64,000 nucleotides of DNA from Naegleria gruberi (GCA_000004985.1 GG738849.1), one strand, 5' to 3'. Numbered from the stretch's first letter, positions 31,896 through 43,552 are shown. A program made the numbers and translations. The notes: generated by a model from the sequence alone, not told the origin.

Positions 31896-33578
31896 TTAGT
31901 CACGTTTTACTCTCTTACTGTCTTGTGAGGAAGGTGTTGGGTGCTCTGTTCTTCTACCAGTACTTGTATTGGTTAAAAGTTGACTAGTTGTTAAGGATGG
32001 TTGAGTTCTGAGGAGAAGACTTGGAGATACAAATGTTTGAGATGAATTTACAGTGGTGGAGGATTGAGAAGTGCCAGAATTTTCATTTTGTCTTCTCATT
32101 CTAGAAATTTTGATATTTTCCTTATAAATTTCTTCCTTAGATATTACACTTTCGAGGGCATCTTTTCTAGAGCTTTGCAAGTTACAATAGAGACCTTCAA
32201 TTGCACGTTGCATAGAGTTTAAAACTTGAATTGGATCAGAAGCTACTTCCTTCATCCATCCATCTCTCATTACTTCTGTGGCATTTACATCACTGGAGAC
32301 CTTTTCAAACTTTTTCAAAGTGTCAAAAATCTCACACTCTGGGAAAATGCCAATCCACTCACTAAATCTTACAACATTGGAATTAACGAGATTGGTTGTG
32401 CTTTGGGAGCTGGCTCCACCAGGTATCGCTGTATTTAGTTGAGTAGGAAGAGAGGTGTGATGATCTAGCACAGAGCCACTAATATTTGATTCCCAAGAAG
32501 ATTTCCACTTGTTGGAAATTGTTGTCTTGAGCTTGAGTATTACTTCAGAATCATCTGTTGAAAATTTATCTGTATTGGCTTGATAAATATCAATAATATC
32601 CTCAATGCAGTCAAAATCATCTTGAAGTCTCTTTAAAATTGTTTCCAATATTGTAGGTGTAATAACATAACGAGTAGCCTTATTCGCAATTATCAATCTC
32701 TTTACACAAGCAATTGATTGATTCTTCTTCAAAGTAAAGTATTGATCCAACACATTCTCTCCATCATCCAATTTAACATAATCCGAGTCCCAAATACCTG
32801 GTTCAACTTCTTTAGCTGCATCAAGAACAGAATTAAAGTTAAGCATAATTAGGGTATCAACAATGGCCATTAAAATATCTCTGAAATTTGGATCCATACA
32901 CAAGGAACTATTTCTAAAATACCATATTGTATAGTCAAATGCTTTCTTTAAGTTTTTCAATTCAGAGACGTAATAAAATAATGTCCCATATTCAAATACT
33001 CTGAATCCATGAACAATTTCAGATCTGAGCTTCAAAAATCTGTTTGCTGAATTACTATCTTCCATTCTTAATTCGTTTAATTTTTGATTCTGGAGATAGA
33101 TCAAGAGCTTTTTTGATTTTTCGCTATTGTAATCTCTTAAATTTTCAATAAAGGCAAAAACATCCCCCTCACAAAATTTGGCAATAAATTCATCCTCATC
33201 ATATGGCCTCTGTTGACAATTACTTTCATTTGCACTCTCCACGGAATATAAAAATTCAAAAAAGCCTATGCAAAGTACTTTCATCAGTGATGTTGTTAAA
33301 TCATTCAACTCTATCGGATCACTTGGATTAATGTCCGTTTTCATCCACATTAATAATAATTGTACTAGTGATTGAATATATTGTTTTGGGTTTTGACTAT
33401 CACTCAAGAGCATATAGAGTGAGTGATCACATTTGCCATCTGTACTTCTACTAAATAATCCCTTCTCTCTGTTTTTAAATTGGCTATTGTCACCAGATCC
33501 ACCCAAGTGGTCCAAAGTATTATTATTTGTTTCGCCATCGTCTGTTTTTTCAGAGGCACCACCAGGTGATGATGGCAT
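31896..33578 (-). CDS. Hypothetical protein, 560 aa, single exon. No recognised domain.
   Basis: ATG at 33578..33576. Continuous ORF. Gly/Ser-rich N-terminus and a Ser/Thr-rich basic C-terminus ending …KRVKRD (NLS-like). Confidence 0.5.
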   Translation of the reverse strand: MPSSPGGASEKTDDGETNNNTLDHLGGSGDNSQFKNREKGLFSRSTDGKCDHSLYMLLSDSQNPKQYIQSLVQLLLMWMKTDINPSDPIELNDLTTSLMKVLCIGFFEFLYSVESANESNCQQRPYDEDEFIAKFCEGDVFAFIENLRDYNSEKSKKLLIYLQNQKLNELRMEDSNSANRFLKLRSEIVHGFRVFEYGTLFYYVSELKNLKKAFDYTIWYFRNSSLCMDPNFRDILMAIVDTLIMLNFNSVLDAAKEVEPGIWDSDYVKLDDGENVLDQYFTLKKNQSIACVKRLIIANKATRYVITPTILETILKRLQDDFDCIEDIIDIYQANTDKFSTDDSEVILKLKTTISNKWKSSWESNISGSVLDHHTSLPTQLNTAIPGGASSQSTTNLVNSNVVRFSEWIGIFPECEIFDTLKKFEKVSSDVNATEVMRDGWMKEVASDPIQVLNSMQRAIEGLYCNLQSSRKDALESVISKEEIYKENIKISRMRRQNENSGTSQSSTTVNSSQTFVSPSLLLRTQPSLTTSQLLTNTSTGRRTEHPTPSSQDSKRVKRD

Positions 33579-33789
33579 TATTTTTAATTATTAATATTTT
33601 TTTAACTTTGATGCAACCGTTAATAATTGTGTTTGAGCAAAGATTTGTGCTTCAACAAATTTATTTTTGTTCAAATTTACAAATATTAATGTGTTTTTTC
33701 AAATATTAAAAAGTCTGGTTTGGTTTCACGAAGCTCCAATAAACAATTTTCCTACAATATAAGATATATATGTTCATTATGAACATGAT

Positions 33790-33861
33790 TCCCGTGTAGT
33801 CCAATGGCTAGGATACCTGGCTTTCACCCAGGAGGTCCGGGTTCAATTCCCGGCATGGGAG
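33790..33861 (+). tRNA. tRNA-Glu (anticodon UUC).
   Basis: Cloverleaf readable by eye. Acceptor TCCCGTG/CATGGGA (one G-U pair). Anticodon stem CCTGG/CCAGG with loop CTTTCAC (anticodon TTC). T-arm GGTCCGGGTTCAATTCCCGGC. Near-identical to the eukaryotic cytosolic tRNA-Glu(UUC) consensus. Confidence 0.9.
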
Positions 33862-34049
33862 AATCATTTTGTCAAATTTGTTTTTCAATATGAAAACCAC
33901 TCGATTTTTCAGCAGTTAAATAAATTCTTAATTTGAGAATATTGTATTTACAGTCTGATGATCTTAAAACCTTTTATGGCTCCATCCAAAAGAGTTCTCA
34001 ATCAGTAAGCTATTCTTTAAAAAAAATATAAAAACCTTTTTCTGTACAG

Positions 34050-35801
34050 ATGGCACCTCTCACTATTCGCAAACAAGCCACACAACCAATCCCAGGACAA
34101 AAGATGGGTACAAGTGGTCTTCGTGTCAAAGTTAAGCTTGTTGAAAATACACCATCTTTCCTTGAAAATTTCTCCCAAAGTGTATTCAATATTATTCTCT
34201 CATCGGAACAAGGATTGATCGGAAAGGTAAATGATCAAGGATGTTTACAAATGGTTATTGGTGGAGATGGTCGTTATTATAACAAGAAGGCCATTCAAAC
34301 CATCTTGAAGATTCTCTATGCTAATGCTGTTGCTCGTAATTTGAAAATTCATGTTAGAGTTGGGCAGGATGGTGTTGTTTCTACACCTGCAGTTTCGTGT
34401 ATGATTAGAAAATATAAGGCCGAATTGGGTGGTTTGATTTTGACAGCATCTCACAATCCTGGTGGTCCAAATAATGATTGGGGAATTAAATACAATGCAC
34501 CAAATGGAGGACCTGCTCCTGAAAAGATTACTGACATTATTTATCAACAGTCAACTCAAATTACTGAATATCATACTTGTGATGAATTCCCAGAGATTGA
34601 TTTTTCTCACATTTCTGATGTCTTTTCTGATGAACATTTGAAAGTTTCAGTTATTGATCCTGTAGATGACTATTATGAATTGCTCAGTACAATTTTCGAT
34701 ATGGAAAAGATTAAGAAATTAATTCAAAGGGATGATTTCAATTTATTGTTCGATGCCATGCATGGTGTCACAGGTCCCTATGCCAAGAGAATTTTACATG
34801 AGAAATTAGGAGCTGATCCTCAAAAGAATTTGATTAATTATGTTCCAAGTGAAGATTTTGGAAAGGGTCATCCAGATCCAAATCTTACCTATGCTGAAGA
34901 ATTGGTCAAGAAGGTATTGAATGATGAAAATAGTATTATTGATTTGGGAGCTGCATCTGATGGTGATGGTGATAGAAACATGATTCTTGGTAAACACTTT
35001 TTTGTCACTCCTTCTGATTCTGTTGCAATTATTGCTGATTATGCACAAAGGTGCATTCCATATTTCCAAAAGAGTGGAATTTCTGGATTGGCTAGATCCA
35101 TGCCAACTAGTACAGCCCTCGACAGAGTTGCTAAAGCTCTGGGTGTAAATATTTATGAAGTACCTACTGGATGGAAGTATTTTGGTAATTTATTTGATGC
35201 TGGTAAACTCTCTATTTGTGGTGAAGAGTCATTTGGTACTGGAAGTGATCATATCAGAGAAAAGGATGGTATGTGGGCTGTTTTGAGTTGGCTCTCAATA
35301 ATGGCATTTGAAAATGAAAATACCAAAACCTCAGTTGCAGACATTGTAAAGAATCACTGGAAGAAATATGGTAGAAGCTATTATACCAGATATGACTATG
35401 AAGAAGTTAGCTCTGAAGGTGCCAACAATATGATGTCTCACATTAGAGATACCTATGTTACTCCATTCCAAACTAATTCTCTCTCTGAAGAATCTAAAAA
35501 GTTATTCGAATCTTTGAGTGTTGCTTCATGTGAAGAATTCTCCTACACTGATCCTATTGATAACAGCTTTACTGGAAAGCAGGGAATGATCTTCAAATTG
35601 GTTGACCAAAGTAGAATTGTATTCAGATTATCTGGTACAGGAAGTTCTGGAGCAACTGTTAGAGTTTATATGGAAAAGTATAATCCAGATCGTTTGGATG
35701 GAAACCCACTCGAAGAAGTCAAACCACTTGCCCATGTCGCTCTCACTGTTAGCAAACTAGCTGAATTCACTGGTAGAAATGAACCAACAGTTATTACTTA
35801 A
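34050..35801 (+). CDS. Phosphoglucomutase (PGM1 type), 583 aa, single exon.
   Basis: GTSGLRVKV… and the catalytic phosphoserine loop TASHNPGGPNNDWGIKYN. Metal-binding DGDGDRNM. Full-length collinear with the alpha-D-phosphohexomutase family. Confidence 0.9.
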   Translation: MAPLTIRKQATQPIPGQKMGTSGLRVKVKLVENTPSFLENFSQSVFNIILSSEQGLIGKVNDQGCLQMVIGGDGRYYNKKAIQTILKILYANAVARNLKIHVRVGQDGVVSTPAVSCMIRKYKAELGGLILTASHNPGGPNNDWGIKYNAPNGGPAPEKITDIIYQQSTQITEYHTCDEFPEIDFSHISDVFSDEHLKVSVIDPVDDYYELLSTIFDMEKIKKLIQRDDFNLLFDAMHGVTGPYAKRILHEKLGADPQKNLINYVPSEDFGKGHPDPNLTYAEELVKKVLNDENSIIDLGAASDGDGDRNMILGKHFFVTPSDSVAIIADYAQRCIPYFQKSGISGLARSMPTSTALDRVAKALGVNIYEVPTGWKYFGNLFDAGKLSICGEESFGTGSDHIREKDGMWAVLSWLSIMAFENENTKTSVADIVKNHWKKYGRSYYTRYDYEEVSSEGANNMMSHIRDTYVTPFQTNSLSEESKKLFESLSVASCEEFSYTDPIDNSFTGKQGMIFKLVDQSRIVFRLSGTGSSGATVRVYMEKYNPDRLDGNPLEEVKPLAHVALTVSKLAEFTGRNEPTVIT

Positions 35802-35838
35802 AACTCGATTTATTGTATTATTATTAACATTAAAGAAA

Positions 35839-37457
35839 TTATTGATTTTCATCAATTTTTTGTAGTAATTCCTTATCATAGCCAGGTGTGTAATATTTGA
35901 CAAGTTCTTCAGGATAAAGGTTGTTGATAAATTTGATACTTTCTTGCAGAGATTCTTCTTCTGTTTTGATTAATTGCAACTTTTGAAGACCCTTAGATTG
36001 AACAAATCTCTTCTTTGCTTCAACATCATCTGGTAAAAGAGCTTCAAATTGCTTGACAACATATTTCAAAATACTTTCTGGGGCCTTTTCAGAAAGTAAT
36101 GGATTAAGGGCATCAAGATATGTACATTTTTGTATAATTGCTTTGAGGGCTCTCTTTGACTTACTCTTCAAGTCTTCAGAAGCCTTGTCATCAAGGAAAG
36201 ATTCATTCAAAAGTGTCAAAATATTAGCTTCAGCAACGGCCTTTGCGTGTTCTGAACTGTGTCTACCAATTTGTCCCAAACTCCATGCAGCAGCTGCACG
36301 AAGGTGATCGGAATATGATGGTGACAAACAATTTCCTAGTGGTTGAACTGCCTTGGCCTTAATGACAGCAGTGGCCATTGTTTCTTGGAAGGCAGCAATA
36401 AATCCTAGAATCATAATACCTGGTAATTTGTTATCACCCTCTGCATTACTGATATAATCAACAATAGCTGGTAAACCACCAGCATTGACAATTAGTGAAG
36501 CCAATTCAGGATTGTGCTTTGATACTTGCATAATACAAGAGGCAGCATTCTTTCTGACAATTTCATCATCTGGGTCTTGTAATAAAGCAAAAATCTTTGG
36601 GAAAATTTCTCCTTCAACAACCAATTCTGCCAATTCAACAGAATGTTTAGCAATGAAGGCAAGACATTGACATGCTTGTCTCTTTACCATTGGATTGAGA
36701 ATGAGTGGTGTTATAACTGGAATACCTTCAGCATCAACTACAGATTGAGCTAGCTCAGGAGTGTGACTGCAAATATTGGCAAGAGATGAAATTGCGACCT
36801 TTTTCAGAGTTTGTTCTGGTTGTTGGGCACAAGTCAAAAGTAACCCCACACAACCATGATCTACACAAATCTGAGCCAACTCTGGTGTATGTATTGAGAT
36901 ATTTCCGATTGCATATGCTGCAGATTCCTTTACCAAAGGATCAAATTCATCCAAACATTTTACCAAAGCTTCTACAGATCCAGAATCAACAACAGCTTGT
37001 GCTAATCTTGGTCCGTGCTTGGCGATAGCTCGCAGAACGAAAGCTGCATGTCTTTGATAGTATTTCTAAACAATATTAAGACGACAATTATTTTAAATAA
37101 TTCGTGAAGAAACATACATTATTCTTGAGGATGGAAGCAACCAATTGAGGGACAATATCACTTGCAACGATCTTCTCGGCAAGTTGAGGGTTATAATTGG
37201 CCAATCTTCCCAATGCAAGAGCAGCATTTTGTTGAACACTTGGATCGCTATCGAGCAAAAGTGGACGGAGCAAATCCAGAACACCAGTTTCTTGTTGAAT
37301 CATAGCTAAAATCGTTCATCATTAATTTTGTCCTCCAATCATTTTACATACCTTCGATATGTCTTGGTTGTTTTACGAGTTCGGCAACACTATTGGCAAA
37401 CGTAATTCTTGCCTTCTTGTATGAAGCGAATACTTGTTGAATTTCCTTTGAGGCCAT
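35839..37457 (-). CDS. SPAG6: SPAG6/PF16 orthologue (armadillo-repeat central-pair protein of motile cilia). Three exons: 37457..37352, 37305..37118, 37065..35839.
   Basis: Collinear with Chlamydomonas PF16 / mammalian SPAG6 throughout: MASKEIQQVFASYKKARITFANSVAELVKQPRHIE|…LLRPLLLDSDPSVQQNAALALGRLANYN…|KYYQRHAAFVLRAIAKHGPRLAQAVVD…LVKCLDEFDPLVKE…SPGYDKELLQKIDENQ. Introns of 46 and 52 nt (GTATGT…TTAG), phase-consistent. Confidence 0.8.
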
Positions 37458-37865
37458 TTTTTTTATGTGTTTGATTGTACATTAGGCATGGCGGGAAACA
37501 GTTGTAAATAATTTGCTTGTTTTTCAAACCACCATTTTTGGCGGCATTTTGTTTGACATTTTGAAACAACCTCTCAAACTGTTATTGTTAAGAATTTAGG
37601 ATTCTTGAATCATCAACCCAACTCTCTACAATTTTGAACAATCTAAGGAGCCACTTTCATTGAAGGGAATTAACGATCATACTATTTCGAATCCATTTCC
37701 AACTCCCTTTTAGAAGCAGAAAGATTAATTGTCATCACTAATAAAATTTTATTTTATTTTTAATTAAAAAAACGTGTTATTGTTGTGTAGATTTTTTCCA
37801 GGCATCACACTACAAATTTTCGGCATCATCTTGTATCATTAATTATAATATTCACAAAAGGAAGA

Positions 37866-40119
37866 ATGGAGCAATTGTTACCAATTATTAACAAAATCCA
37901 GGATGTTTTTGCAACTGTTGGATTGAATGACTCGATCGATCTACCACAAATTGCCGTCGTTGGTAGTCAAAGTTCAGGAAAATCCTCTGTATTGGAAAAT
38001 GTTGTCGGAAGAGATTTTTTACCAAGAGGTTCAGGAATTGTTACTAGAAGGTAATGTTTGTTTTACTATTATTTCTAATTTAGTTTAGACCTCTGATTTT
38101 GCAATTAATAACAATAGCATCAAAATATAAGGGTATGTGTATATTTTGGAAAATTCAACAACAACAATTTTAATAGCCGTTGAGGAAGTAACCGAACAAC
38201 AAAAACAACAAGAAGAATACGGTGAATTTTTGCACTTGCCAAACAAGAAGTTTTATAACTTTTCTGAAATCAGAGAGGAAATTGTGAGAGAAACCGATAG
38301 AATTACTGGATCAAATAAGAATATTAGTTCTGCTCCTATCAATTTGAAAATCTATTCACCATAGTATGTTTTGTTTAATTTCATCATTTCAATAACACAA
38401 ACGTGATCGGAAATAGTGTTCTCAATTTGACATTGATTGACTTGCCAGGTATCACAAAGGTTCCTGTTGGTGACCAACCAAAGGACATTGAACAACAAAT
38501 CAGAAAGATGATTCTTCAATTTATTTCTAAACCAACATGTATTATTTTGGCTGTTACTGCAGCAAATACCGATCTTGCTAACTCTGATGCTTTAAAGTTG
38601 GCAAAAGAAGTAGATAGAACTGGAGATCGTACTTTGGGTGTATTGACAAAAGTGGATATTATGGATAAAGGTGTCGATTGTATGGATATTATTAGAGGAG
38701 AAGTTTTACCACTCAAAATGGGATACATTGGTGTTATCAACAGATCTCAAAATGATATTAATACTAACAAATCAATCAGAGATGCATTGAAAGATGAAGA
38801 TGCATTCTTTAGAAACCATCCATCATATAGAAGTTATGCCAACAATATGGGAACAAAGTATTTGGCAAAAACACTCAATAAGATTTTGCTCAATCACATC
38901 AATAATGTTCTCCCAGAGCTTAGAAACAAAATTGGAAATCTCTTGACTCAATGCCAACAAAGAATGAAAGAATATGGAAGTGGTCCAATCAGCGATGATT
39001 CTCCAGGTGCTCTCTTATTGCAACTTTTAACTGACTATACAACTGAATATATTGATTCTATTGATGGAAGAAATACTGAAATTATCAAGATGAATGAACT
39101 TTTCGGAGGTGCTCTTATCAATAATATTTTTGTTTCCAAATATTATCCACAATTATCAGAACTTGAAGCTTGTGAAAATTTGACAGATTTTGATATCAAG
39201 ACAGCTATTAAGAATGCTAAGGGTTCAAAGACTTCTCTTTTCGTTCCTGAAGCAGCTTTTGAAATTCTTGTAAGAAGACAAGTTAAGCTTCTTGAAGATC
39301 CTAGCATTCAATGTGTAGATAGAGTTTTTGAGGAATTGATGAATATTGAAGATTTTTGTGAAAAGAAACTTATTCGTTTTCCAAATCTTAAGGAACGTGT
39401 CAAGGAATTTATCATTCAATTATGGAAAGGTTATACCATTGAACTTAAGGAATTTATTAGAAATATGATTCGTATTGAATTGGCTTATATTAATACTAAT
39501 CACCCAGACTTTATGGGAAGTAGTAAGAATGTATTCAGCCTCATGATGCCAAATAAGAATCGTGTAAACCGTGTTCAAAGTGGTGACCATTTACAACAAC
39601 AGCAACAACAACAACATCAAATGAGACCAAACATGCACCAAATTCGTAGTCAAAATCCAATGCCATCTGAAGATGATATGTACGATTACAATCCAAACCA
39701 AGGTAACACAAGGTCTGGATTACAACCTCCTGTCAATTCTATGGGACTTATGGGTGGCTCATTAGGAGAAAGAGAAAATCAAGAAGTTGAAGTCATTCGT
39801 GCTCTTCTCACAGCCTATTTTGATAATGTTGTCAGAAAGTAAGTTTTTCAATTTATTTCAAAATCTCACCAATGGTTTTTTCAAATTTAGGAAACTTGCT
39901 GATCAAGTTCCAAAGTCTATTATGGCTTTCCTTGTTATCAAGACCAAGAGCAATTTACAAAGTGAACTCATCAAAGAGCTTTACAAACCAGAACTTTTTG
40001 AAACACTCTTAAAGGAAAATGATGCTATTGCTCAAAAGAGAAAGCAAACTCAAAAAATGCTCAAAGCCCTCACGAAAGCTCAAAATGCCATCAATGAAAT
40101 TAAGGGTATTAGACTTTAA
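37866..40119 (+). CDS. Dynamin-family large GTPase (Drp1/Dnm1/DymA-like) with a Q-rich insert before the GED. Five exons: 37866..38050, 38089..38132, 38177..38363, 38417..39838, 39891..40119.
   Basis: [30 protein letters not shown]|PLILQL…|…[23 protein letters not shown]…|…[18 protein letters not shown]…LGVLTKVD…|[15 protein letters not shown]… (GED). Exon 2 is only 44 nt and intron 1 only 38 nt. Other introns are 44, 53 and 52 nt. Q-rich stretch [18 protein letters not shown]. Confidence 0.8.
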
Positions 40120-40316
40120 AAAAATTGTAAAAATAAAATATAATTATTATATTTTAATAATAATTATTTGATGATAAGTTGATAAACTTTATGATTGTTT
40201 TATTAGAAATGGTGAAGATCTTATTTTCTGTTTATTAATAAAGGAAGAACAAGGTTTTCAATTTTATTGAAGAAAATTAAAAAATAATTGAATTTTAAAA
40301 AAAAGGAATTTGAACC

Positions 40317-41414
40317 ATGAAACGCTTTGTGAAGGAGAACGTTAAAGAGTATGAAAGGAATTTCACTATTGATGATAGTAATAATAGAACATCATCATCA
40401 TCCGACAATGAAGACCAACTTGTTGCTGAAAAATTATTTACCGACCAAGAAGTTATTATTATGAATGAAAGATTGAAGGATTTAAACTTGTCATTCCAAA
40501 AATCTTTGAGCAAGTGTTTTAATTTAAATTTACCATACAAGATCACAACAGAGGACTCTAAATGTTTGATCAAATGTAAATCTTTATTACCTTCCGAAGA
40601 GGAAGCAAAAACAATTTCATCATGTTCCATATTTACTAAAGGATTTTTCAAATTTGATGAAGATTCGGGAGCATTTACTCTTGACAAGGCTCTCATTGGT
40701 GAAAAATCATTGGATGAAGTCAAATCAACAGCCTATGGATTTATTTCTAGAGGAGAAATTTCTACTTCAGTCAACACCCAAAATAATAAGAATCAAGCTC
40801 TATCTCACAAACAATTATTACACAAGGATGTTAACGCATATTTAGAAAAGGAATCTGTTTTGAATGGTATTGAAGATAAATTAATGGCACCAGTTCTGAG
40901 GAGCTCGTCATTCTCTAAATCAGAAAAGAAGGAACATGAAAAGTTGACTACTTTATTAGATCCAAATTATACACCTGCATCTATTGTGGATAAGAATGTT
41001 AATGCAGGAAAGGGATGGGCAAATATGGCTGCTCCAAGAATGACTCCTGAATTGAAACAAGAACTCGTTGCAATGCAATTAAAGAGAGCTAGTGAAGGTG
41101 AAGGAAAGAGAATTAAATCATCAAGTGTTGCACAATTTGATGAAGATAACATGCCAAAATACTTCCAAATTGGTACCATTGTAGATAATGCTAAAGAATT
41201 TTATTCGAACAGAGTTGTCAAAAAGAAGAGACAACAAAGTTTTTTAGATGAGCTCATACAAGATGATAAAGAACATGGATATGTTTCACAACGTTATGCA
41301 CAACTCCAAGACCAAATGGATCAAGTTCAAAAACGTAAGAAACGAAAGCTTATGAAAAAGATTGCTCAAAATAGTAAGGGAGGATCAAGCAGTGGTGGAA
41401 GCAGTAAGAAATAA
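40317..41414 (+). CDS. Fcf2 pre-rRNA processing protein family (DNTTIP2-like), 365 aa, single exon.
   Basis: C-terminal Fcf2 domain …KGWANMAAPRMTPELKQELVAMQLKRA…MPKYFQIGTIVDN…SNRVVKKKRQQSFLDEL… followed by a basic tail. Confidence 0.7.
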   Translation: MKRFVKENVKEYERNFTIDDSNNRTSSSSDNEDQLVAEKLFTDQEVIIMNERLKDLNLSFQKSLSKCFNLNLPYKITTEDSKCLIKCKSLLPSEEEAKTISSCSIFTKGFFKFDEDSGAFTLDKALIGEKSLDEVKSTAYGFISRGEISTSVNTQNNKNQALSHKQLLHKDVNAYLEKESVLNGIEDKLMAPVLRSSSFSKSEKKEHEKLTTLLDPNYTPASIVDKNVNAGKGWANMAAPRMTPELKQELVAMQLKRASEGEGKRIKSSSVAQFDEDNMPKYFQIGTIVDNAKEFYSNRVVKKKRQQSFLDELIQDDKEHGYVSQRYAQLQDQMDQVQKRKKRKLMKKIAQNSKGGSSSGGSSKK

Positions 41415-41733
41415 ACTTTCCCTCTGAAATATTCAAACCAGTTGACAATACAAATATTTATTATCCAGCATAGTTTCTCTAATCATGTTCTTTTTGTACA
41501 CTTGGAGTGATTTTGTATTTGTAAGATTAAGGTTGTAGTACATGGTACTGATGAATTGGTTTGACAAGTCAAGCTTCTCGTTGTATGCAACTCACGGAAG
41601 GCATTTCCGTCTTAAAAATGAAAAATATTTAAAAAAAAAATAGACTTTCGATAGTAGTGAATACCATCACACTTCGTTTCTTCCATCATCCAATCTTCCT
41701 TTGATACAAAACTTTAAATCATCCCTATACAAA

Positions 41734-43552
41734 ATGATGGCTCCAAGTATAAATCCTCTCTACATTGATGGAGAGAGAACCACTGGTAATGAAGTTAGAC
41801 TTGAAAATGGTATGTGTTTAGAAATTCGGATGTAAATTTATAATAGTAACATTTTGGAATACATCAACTTGTATTGTACATTTGATATCTTCTTGGGACC
41901 CTTTGAAATCTTTTTGGAATATACAACTTGTCTTTAATACAACAACAACAATATTGTGGATTTGTATTTTAACAACAATAGTTCAAGCTTGTCAAACAGT
42001 GCAAAACATTATGAAGACTTCATTCGGTCCACAAGGTCTTGACAAGATGCTTGTCGATGAAGTTGGTGATGTTACCGTAACTAACGATGGTGCTACCATT
42101 CTTAACCTCATTGAAGTCAATCATCCAGCCGCTAAGACTCTTGTAGATCTTGCTCGTACACAAGATGAAGCTGTTGGTGATGGTACAACATCTGTTGTTT
42201 TGTTGGCTGCCGAATTATTAAAACAAGGACAAGAATTAATCACAGAAAAGATTCACCCAACTAATATCATTTCCGGATATAAATTGGCTGCAAAGAAGGC
42301 CACTGAATTTATTAAGAATGAATTGCAAATCTCCACACATACTCTTGATAATGCTGCATTAATTAACGTTGCCAAGACTTCAATGGCTTCAAAGGTTTTA
42401 GGACCAGAATCAGATTTATTTGCCAAATTGTGTGTTGATGCTTTGTTGGCTGTTAAAGTTGTTACTGGATCTGGTAAGGAAAGATATCCAATCAAGGCTA
42501 TCAATATTTTGAAACAACACGGAAAATCAATGAAGGAAAGTACATTAGTTAATGGATTTGCTTTGAACAATACTCGTTCATCCCAACAAATGCCAAAGAT
42601 TATCAAGGGTGCCAAGATTGCTCTCCTCGATATTGCTTTGAATAGACAAAGAATGAAGTTGGGTATTAAATTCCAAATTACTGATCCAAAGGAATTGGAA
42701 GGAGTTCAAGAACGTGAACAAACTTTGATTCGTGACCGTATCCAAATGTTGTTAAATGCTGGTGCTAACGTTATTTTGACAACAAAGGGTATTGATGATA
42801 TGTGTTTGAAATACTTTGTTGAAGCTAATGCTATTGCTGTCAGAAGATGTGATAAGGAAGATTTGAAGCGTATTGCTAAATTGACTGGTGGTTCTTTGGT
42901 TACATCATTCGCTGATTTGGATGGTGAAGAGTCATTCTCTGCTGAATCTTTGGGTACTGCTGAAGAAGTTGTTGAAGAAGAACTTGCTGGTGATTCATTG
43001 ATTTATATTCGTGGTACTAAGCTCACCACTTCACAATCAATTGTTTTGCGTGGTGCTAACAGTTTCTTGTTGGATGAAATGAGTCGTACTATTCACGATG
43101 CTATGTGTGCTTTGAAACGAGTTTTGGAATCAAAGAATGTTGTTCCTGGTGGTGGTAGTGTTGAAACTGCTCTCTCTGTCTATTTGGATCGTTTTGCTAT
43201 GACTATTGAAACACGAGAACAATTAGCTATTGCTGCTTTTGCTAATGCTCTCTTGGTTATTCCAAAGACTTTATCTGTCAATGCTGCTTTGGATGCTACT
43301 GAATTGGTTGCCAAATTGCGAGCATACCACAATGATGTTCATGAATTGAACAAGAAGGAATATTTGAGATATGGTTTGGACCTTATGGCTGATGATGTTA
43401 GAGATAACGTTGAAGCTGGTGTTTTGGAGCCTGCCATGTTGAAGATTAAGTATATCCAATTTGCTACTGAAGCTGCTGTTACTATCCTCCGTATTGATGA
43501 CATGATCCGAATTAATGATAATGAAAAGGAAGATCCAAGAAGAAGAAGGTAA
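41734..43552 (+). CDS. T-complex protein 1 subunit alpha (CCT-alpha). Two exons: 41734..41809, 41982..43552.
   Basis: [26 protein letters not shown]|[40 protein letters not shown]…GDGTTSVV…PGGGSVE…, collinear with CCT1. 172-nt GTATGT…ATAG intron after codon 25. Confidence 0.9.

Noticed and set aside
33976-34049. Upstream MAPSKRVLNQ mini-exon as an N-terminal extension of phosphoglucomutase.
   Set aside because: Splicing it to the PGM exon shifts the reading frame, so it cannot extend the PGM protein. Retained only as a uORF/leader-intron observation.
37866-40119. Initial species call of a dictyostelid based on strong dynamin-A-like sequence, AAAAATG start contexts and poly-N/Q/T tracts.
   Set aside because: Drp1/DymA-type dynamins are too conserved to be diagnostic. 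The presence of SPAG6/PF16, OSCP1 and a BBS-like chaperonin argues for a flagellated organism. Left as unresolved.
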